The position numbers and the translations under genes were made by a program. A model generated the notes under the pieces. The model ran no database searches. It was not told the DNA's origin and was given only the letters and a program-made list of their open reading frames with translations. A stretch of 64,000 bases of DNA, from assembly GCA_038236905.1 (NCBI GenBank), contig JBBRZG010000001.1:13933-77932 (forward strand), read 5' to 3'. Shown piece after piece: positions 58,817-64,000 of this stretch. The stretch's first letter is position 1; every line of letters starts with the position of its first letter. The stretch comes from Burkholderiales bacterium. Lineage in GTDB: Bacteria; Pseudomonadota; Gammaproteobacteria; Burkholderiales; Usitatibacteraceae.

Positions 58817-60640
58817 CTAAAACCAGGCGTCTTTCATATCGAGCGTGGTGCTGTCCAACGATTGCAGCAAGTCGATCATTGCGGATACTTTCGGCAGTTC
58901 CCAAAGGTAGAAAAATTTGCAGGCCTGCCATTTGCCATGATAAAAATCCGCGTCGGCGTCGGTGTAGCGTCGCGCGGCGGCCAAGGCTTGCTCCAACCAA
59001 ATCCATGCCATCACCACGTGGCCAAACGCTTCAAGATAGGTTGTCGCATTGGCCAGCGTTTTGTTCACGTCACCGCTACGATGCAGCGCTTCAGTGACCA
59101 GCATCAGCCGCTCAAAAACCGTTTGCAAACTCACGCCAAAATTGCGGATGTCAATGCGCTCCACCGCCAACGCCTGCGCAACTGTTTTGTCAATCGCTTT
59201 CGCCAATAGTTTGAGTGCCGCCCCCTGCTGCATGACGACTTTGCGGCCCAACAAATCGAGGCCTTGAATACCGTGCGTGCCTTCGTGAATGGCGTTGAGC
59301 CGGTTGTCGCGATAGAACTGCTCAACGTTGTAGTCGCGGGTGTAGCCGTAGCCGCCATGCACCTGAATCGCCAGGCTGTTCGCTTCCAAACACCATTGCG
59401 AGGGCCAGCTTTTCGCAATCGGCGTAAGAATGTCGAGCAATAACGTTGCCTCGCGTCGCGCCACTTCATCCGTCGATGTTTTCTCTTCATCGATCAATCT
59501 TGCGCAATACAGATTCAGCGCCAGCGCGCCTTCAACATAGCTTTTTTGCGCGAGCAGCATGCGGCGCACATCGGTATGCTCGATGATGGCTATCTGCGGT
59601 GAATCGGGATTTTTTGCCGAGGGTGAACGGCCTTGCGGGCGTACGCGCGCATAGTCCAGCGCATGCAGGTAACCCGTATAGCCGAGCATGGTCGCGCCGA
59701 GACCGACGCCGATACGCGCTTCATTCATCATCGTAAACATACATCTCAAGCCCTGGTGCGGCTCTCCAACCAAAAAACCGACAGCACCCGCGCTGTTGCT
59801 GGGCTTGAAGTTTCCCTCGCCAAAATTAAGCATGCAATTGGTCGTGCCGCGATAACCCATTTTATGGTTAAGTCCGGCCAGTGCAATATCGTTTCGTTCG
59901 CCCAAACTACCATCGGCATTGACCAATTTTTTGGGGACGATGAAAAGCGAAATTCCTTTTACGCCCGACAATGTTTTGCCGTCAGACCCGACAATTTTGG
60001 CGAGCACCAGATGAACGATGTTGTCAGCAAGATCGTGCTCACCGGCGGAAATCCACATCTTGTTTCCAAACAATCGATAGCTCCCATCTGCCTGCAATTC
60101 AGCGCGGGTTTTTATATCGGCGAGTGACGATCCCGCCTGCGGCTCGGACAAGCACATCGTGCCCAGAAAACGTCCATTCAGCAGCGGCCGAACATAGGTG
60201 TTGATCTGCTCCGGGCTGGCGTGGGCGAGCAGCAAATTTGCATTGCCAATAGTTAAAAACGGATAGGCGGCGGTAGCCACGTTGGCCGCCATGAAATACG
60301 CCATACACGCATTCGTCACGGTTGCCGGGAGCTGCATGCCCCCGAGCTCGGCATCATGCTGGGCGGCCATTAAACCCGCCGCGCTGAACGCCTCGATCGC
60401 GATCTTTATTTCGGCAATGAGATGAACCCGGGCACCATCAAATGTGGGCTCATTGGCGTCACTCTTTTTATTGTGCGGCGCGAAATAATCCGCTGAGATT
60501 TTTTCAGCAATATCGAGCGCCGCATCGAAAGTTTCGCGCGAATGGTCGGCGAAGCGCTCACGCGTGGTCAGCGCATCGACGCCCAACCATTCATAGAGCA
60601 AGAAATTCAGCTCGCGACGCGGTAATTGCAGGCTGGTCAT
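58817..60640 (-). CDS. Long-form acyl-CoA dehydrogenase (with C-terminal extension domain)
   Basis: Within ORF 58817..60832 (ATG at 60640, MTSLQLPRRELNFLLYEW). ACAD motifs TMCLSEPQAGSSLADI and QVHGGYGYTRDY. Confidence 0.85.
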   Translation of the reverse strand: MTSLQLPRRELNFLLYEWLGVDALTTRERFADHSRETFDAALDIAEKISADYFAPHNKKSDANEPTFDGARVHLIAEIKIAIEAFSAAGLMAAQHDAELGGMQLPATVTNACMAYFMAANVATAAYPFLTIGNANLLLAHASPEQINTYVRPLLNGRFLGTMCLSEPQAGSSLADIKTRAELQADGSYRLFGNKMWISAGEHDLADNIVHLVLAKIVGSDGKTLSGVKGISLFIVPKKLVNADGSLGERNDIALAGLNHKMGYRGTTNCMLNFGEGNFKPSNSAGAVGFLVGEPHQGLRCMFTMMNEARIGVGLGATMLGYTGYLHALDYARVRPQGRSPSAKNPDSPQIAIIEHTDVRRMLLAQKSYVEGALALNLYCARLIDEEKTSTDEVARREATLLLDILTPIAKSWPSQWCLEANSLAIQVHGGYGYTRDYNVEQFYRDNRLNAIHEGTHGIQGLDLLGRKVVMQQGAALKLLAKAIDKTVAQALAVERIDIRNFGVSLQTVFERLMLVTEALHRSGDVNKTLANATTYLEAFGHVVMAWIWLEQALAAARRYTDADADFYHGKWQACKFFYLWELPKVSAMIDLLQSLDSTTLDMKDAWF

Positions 60641-60668
60641 ACGGGAACCCTCAATGGTGGCCGCGGCG

Positions 60669-61451
60669 CTATCTTGGTTTGCGCGGCATGTGGCTGAATA
60701 CGCGGTCGTACAGCCAGTTGGGAACGAGCCGCAGGACGCGCGCGGCAATACCCATATTCCACGGAATGACAGTGAAGCTGGTGTTGCGCTGAATGGCGCG
60801 GGCAAAGCGGGCGGCAGCATCGTCAGCGTCAATCAGAAATGGCATTTTGAAGGTGTTTACGGCAGTCATGGGGGTGCGAATGTAGCCGGGACAAATAGTA
60901 ACCACGGATACCCCGCTGCCGCGCAGCTCAACCCGCAAACTTTCACAATAGCTAATCGCAGCCGCTTTTGAGGATGAGTACGCGCTGCTGCCAGGAATAC
61001 CGCGAAATCCGGCGACGCTCGCGATTCCCACCAGCGTGCCGTGCTTGGCGTGCTGCATGGCACCTAAAAACGCATGAAAGGTATTGACCGTGCCCATCAC
61101 GTTGATGTCAAAAACTTCCTGAAATGCGGTCAGGTCGTCTTCGATTTCAGTCAGCGTACCGCGCGAGACACCGGCATTCGCGACCACGATATCAGGGGTG
61201 CCGGATTGGATGATGAAATCGCCGGCGGCGTTTTTTAAGGCTTCACGATCGCGAACATCAAGCGCATAAATCCGGGGCTTGGGCGCACCCAGCGCGACGA
61301 CTTCGCTTTGCAGCCGTATTAGGAGATCAGACCGACGCGCAATCAAGCCAAGCTGTGCGCCTGATTTGGCGTAATGCTTTGCCAGCGCCTCGCCGATACC
61401 GCTGGAGGCACCGGTGATGACGACATTCTGGTTTTTGTTTTGAGTCGCCAT
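60669..61451 (-). CDS. Short-chain dehydrogenase/reductase
   Basis: TGASSGIGEA cofactor motif, NAG, and catalytic YSSSK. Confidence 0.88.
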   Translation of the reverse strand: MATQNKNQNVVITGASSGIGEALAKHYAKSGAQLGLIARRSDLLIRLQSEVVALGAPKPRIYALDVRDREALKNAAGDFIIQSGTPDIVVANAGVSRGTLTEIEDDLTAFQEVFDINVMGTVNTFHAFLGAMQHAKHGTLVGIASVAGFRGIPGSSAYSSSKAAAISYCESLRVELRGSGVSVVTICPGYIRTPMTAVNTFKMPFLIDADDAAARFARAIQRNTSFTVIPWNMGIAARVLRLVPNWLYDRVFSHMPRKPR

Positions 61452-61561
61452 ACGTGCGGAATTTCCAACGTGCGGGGCTAAAGGGTTTTCGGTCCGGCTG
61501 GTGATCCGGCTTTCGGTCCGGCGGCTGACTTCTCAACCGGACAATAGGGTAGTCGTGGCGC

Positions 61562-62269
61562 TTACTTTTTTTCTGTCGCAGCGAGCGTTTTATTCGCGGC
61601 ACGCGCGCTGGTAATTAGCTGATCCACATTGACAAACAACTGATCCTGGCCGGATGAACCGCCTGGCACTTGCGCTGCATATCGTCCATTCACCACCATC
61701 ATCGGCACCGAGCTGATCATATAGTCGATGGACATTTTTTTCGCGCGCGCAATTTTGTTTTGGATTGAAAACGATTTTTGCACTTCGGCGTAATGTTTCA
61801 GATCGACGCCGTGCTTTTCAAGCCAGGTATTTAATGTCGCCGGATTGCCCAAAATAACGTTCTCCACATTGGCTGCATCAAATATTTTTTGACGTAGTTT
61901 CTCTTGAAGCCCCATCGCCTCCAGCGTGTAGAACAACGGCACGCTATCAATCCCTCGAATCGGATTCAAAGCGGGAACGCGCTTTAGTTTCACATCGGCC
62001 GGTAATTTCTTTGCCCATGTTTCGATTTTTGGTTCCAGCGCGGCGCAATGCGGACAACCATACGCAAAAAACTCCAGCACTTCAATCTTGCCGTCGTTCT
62101 CCACCGGCCGGGCGGGATTGAGTGTGGCCACATTTGGGTTGTTTTGCAATTGAGCCGGCAACTGTGCAATGGCGGCGGGGGTCGCCAGCAATGCGACCGA
62201 TGCACTTAATGCGATCGCAGCTACGAAAGTCGGCATAAAAAGGGATTTAACCCGCGCTGAATTTAACAT
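61562..62269 (-). CDS. dsbA: Thiol:disulfide oxidoreductase DsbA (CPHC active site)
   Basis: Signal peptide. FFAYGCPHCAALEP and the cis-Pro loop context SSVPMMVVNG. Confidence 0.88.
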   Translation of the reverse strand: MLNSARVKSLFMPTFVAAIALSASVALLATPAAIAQLPAQLQNNPNVATLNPARPVENDGKIEVLEFFAYGCPHCAALEPKIETWAKKLPADVKLKRVPALNPIRGIDSVPLFYTLEAMGLQEKLRQKIFDAANVENVILGNPATLNTWLEKHGVDLKHYAEVQKSFSIQNKIARAKKMSIDYMISSVPMMVVNGRYAAQVPGGSSGQDQLFVNVDQLITSARAANKTLAATEKK

Positions 62270-62335
62270 TACGCACTTTCCAAAATCGTAATTTCTAGGC
62301 CGAATTTCTAACTGAATAACAGTTCGCGTACGCCG

Positions 62336-63028
62336 TTACTTTTTCATAACCGCAGGAGCTGCAGATCCTTTATTCGCCACCCGGACTTCCGCAATAAGCT
62401 GATCAATATTGGCAAAAAGTTTGTCTGGGCCAGCCGTTTGCTGAACGGAGAAACGGCCATTTACGATCAGCGTTGGCGTGGCCTGAATTTTGTAATCCTC
62501 GGTCATTTTTTTAGCGCGCGCAATTTTGTTTTGAACAGAAAAAGACTTTTGCACTTGTTCAAACTTTTTAGTATCTACGCCCTGCTTTTCGAGCCAACTA
62601 TTCAGGGTCGCGGGATTGCCCAAAATCACGTTTTCTACATTGGCAGCGTCAAATATTTTCTGATGCAGCTTCTCTTGCAAGCCCATGGCTTCGAGAGTGT
62701 AAAAAAGTGGAATGCTGTCGATACTGCGCGACGCAAACGCAACTGGAACGCGCTTTAATTTCACATCGGCTGGTAATTTTTTGGCCCAAGCCTCCAGCCG
62801 TGGCTCAAGATTGGCGCAATGTATGCAACCATAGCCAAAAAACTCAAGGACTTCGACTTTGCCGTCGTTCTCGACAACTTGGGGTGGGTTCAGTGTTATG
62901 ACGTCGCGGGCGCCGCCCGACGGTGGCTGGGGTTGTGCAAACGCTGTCGCTGCGAAGCCCATTGAGGTGGCCACGGTAGCCATAACAAATAGTGATTTGA
63001 TGCCGTTTATCCATTTCGCGCTTAACAT
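62336..63028 (-). CDS. DsbA paralog with CIHC active site
   Basis: Signal peptide. FFGYGCIHCANLEP. Long stretches identical to the neighbouring DsbA (KLPADVKLKRVP, LFYTLEAMGLQEKL, KIFDAANVENVILGNPATLN). Confidence 0.85.
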   Translation of the reverse strand: MLSAKWINGIKSLFVMATVATSMGFAATAFAQPQPPSGGARDVITLNPPQVVENDGKVEVLEFFGYGCIHCANLEPRLEAWAKKLPADVKLKRVPVAFASRSIDSIPLFYTLEAMGLQEKLHQKIFDAANVENVILGNPATLNSWLEKQGVDTKKFEQVQKSFSVQNKIARAKKMTEDYKIQATPTLIVNGRFSVQQTAGPDKLFANIDQLIAEVRVANKGSAAPAVMKK

Positions 63029-63069
63029 TTTCTGAGTCCTATCGTTGGGTGTGCATTAAATTTTTGAAA

Positions 63070-63768
63070 TTATTCGGCTTTTACCACGGCAGCGGATATG
63101 CCATTCTGGGACAACGCCGCTTTGATTCTGTTCACTTCATCCAGACTGCGATACGGACCAAGTCGCACCCGGTATAACGTGCCCTTGTCCGGCAAGTTGA
63201 CCGAGCGCACATTCGCCTCCATTCCCGCAAAGGCAATTTTCGCTTTCAAATTCTCGGCATCAGACTCGCTCTGGAATGCGCCGGCCTGTAATAAATAATT
63301 ATCTTTCGTAGCAGGCTTGGCGGCGTCTTTGCCAGAGTTAGTGGCATTCGCATCCGCGTCAGCACTTTTCGTAGCGGGGCTTGGTACCAGTGCGGATTTG
63401 GGTGGTGCTTCTGGCTTGACCGTATTTTTTTTCGTCAGATCATCGGCACTTTTACCTGCTTTGTCACCTGGCAATATTTGGTAGAAATCAAACCGCGGCT
63501 TATCAGCGTTTTCTTTAGCCACGCCTGCGCTGGTGGTCGGGGTCGGCTGAGCCACTTCGCCCTTTGCTGTCTCAGCGCGCGCGGGTTTGGTGGGCAATAG
63601 ATCGACTGACTTGGTCTTTTCTACAAATGGCGTGGCATTACGATTCAGCCAAATCGCGAATGCCAGCGCCAACAAAACACCCGCGAGCAACCCGATCACG
63701 ATGCCGGTAATCATCGGCGTCATGATCGATTTTTTGCTCCCTGGGTTTGATCGATAATTGCTGCTCAC
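63070..63768 (-). CDS. SPOR-domain cell-division protein
   Basis: N-terminal TM helix, Ala/Lys/Pro-rich linker, and a C-terminal SPOR domain (YLLQAGAFQSESDAENLKAK...YRVRLGPY). The GTG start overlaps the argS stop by 1 nt. Confidence 0.8.
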   Translation of the reverse strand: MSSNYRSNPGSKKSIMTPMITGIVIGLLAGVLLALAFAIWLNRNATPFVEKTKSVDLLPTKPARAETAKGEVAQPTPTTSAGVAKENADKPRFDFYQILPGDKAGKSADDLTKKNTVKPEAPPKSALVPSPATKSADADANATNSGKDAAKPATKDNYLLQAGAFQSESDAENLKAKIAFAGMEANVRSVNLPDKGTLYRVRLGPYRSLDEVNRIKAALSQNGISAAVVKAE

Positions 63769-64000
63769 TACATTTTCTCCGGCGCAGACACGCCCAGCAC
63801 AGTCAGGCCGTTTTTCAGCACTTGAGCGGTGGCTAAGATGAGTGACAATCGGGCAAGCTTCAATTTTTCGTCATCCAGCAAGAATCGTTCTGCATTGTAA
63901 TAGGTGTGCAGTTTTGCCGCTAGGTCGGCTAAATAAACAGCCACAATATGCGGGGCTAATTCGGCTGTAGCGTGCCGCAGCGCTTCAGGAAAATCCGCAA
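63768..64000 (-). CDS. argS: Arginyl-tRNA synthetase, C-terminal end (5' part outside window)
   Basis: The reverse strand reads ...[10 protein letters not shown]-stop at 63768..63800. The frame stays open to the window edge, with a helical anticodon-binding-like sequence. Not listed in the ORF track because it has no start. Confidence 0.75.
   Translation of the reverse strand, partial: ADFPEALRHATAELAPHIVAVYLADLAAKLHTYYNAERFLLDDEKLKLARLSLILATAQVLKNGLTVLGVSAPEKM

Noticed and set aside
61488-61535. Imperfect 24-nt tandem duplication starting TTCGGTCCGGC (61488 and 61512) between dsbA and the SDR gene. It gives a PDRKP-repeat in ORF 61327..61602.
   Set aside because: There are only two units, with just the first 11 nt shared. 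The ORF is a shadow of intergenic and SDR sequence. It may contribute a weak terminator stem (GTCCGG/CCGGAC), but nothing more can be supported.
62290-62310. Direct repeat AATTTCTA x2 upstream of the CPHC dsbA.
   Set aside because: 8-mers repeat by chance at this scale. It could be promoter-related (TAGAAAT on the coding strand), but that cannot be supported from sequence alone.

Overview
Chromosomal, mostly core-genome window from a Gram-negative bacterium. Gene order fits a betaproteobacterium (Burkholderiales-like). GC looks mid-50s percent by eye and was not computed. All calls rest on motif and architecture recognition in the supplied translations; no database search was possible. There are about 64 densely packed protein genes. 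I found no rRNA, no intact tRNA, no CRISPR array and no transposase or integrase. Left to right: (1) cell-elongation cluster mreB (partial)-mreC-mreD-mrdA-rodA-rlpA-dacA, then a D-amino-acid aminotransferase interrupted by an in-frame TAA, then ybeD-lipB-lipA. (2) ArsH-like reductase, haloacid dehalogenase, LrgA/LrgB-like pair, icd, redoxin, Crp-family regulator, hydrolase, ferredoxin, VanZ-like protein, gamma-carbonic-anhydrase-like protein. (3) Two tandem paralogous His_kinase/LytTR two-component pairs behind a Na+/solute symporter. (4) A ubiquinone operon (DUF971-ubiE-Tim44-like-ubiJ ... ubiB) split by a 4-gene cassette: membrane protein, sensor-fused CheA-like kinase, CheY, CheX. (5) phoB-phoR with a Pho box, then a permease-less PTS (EIIA-Man, HPr, EI). 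(6) M48 peptidases and an SH3 protein, an S9 peptidase interrupted by an in-frame TAG, EamA, TPR, PH-domain protein, OMP, ggt. (7) A small AT-rich two-gene orphan island bordered by a tRNA 3'-end-like fragment. (8) rlmI, trmB, FecR-like protein, methyltransferase, acyl-CoA dehydrogenase, SDR, tandem dsbA paralogs, SPOR protein, argS (partial). No recognisable phage-defence, secretion or mobile system is present. The most unusual items are the chemosensory-like cassette inside the ubi operon, a histidine kinase whose catalytic core lies between two membrane regions, two clean in-frame stops in conserved genes, a recurring structured intergenic hairpin with a compensatory base-pair change, a (TTTGGG)5 G-tract repeat, and the orphan island.
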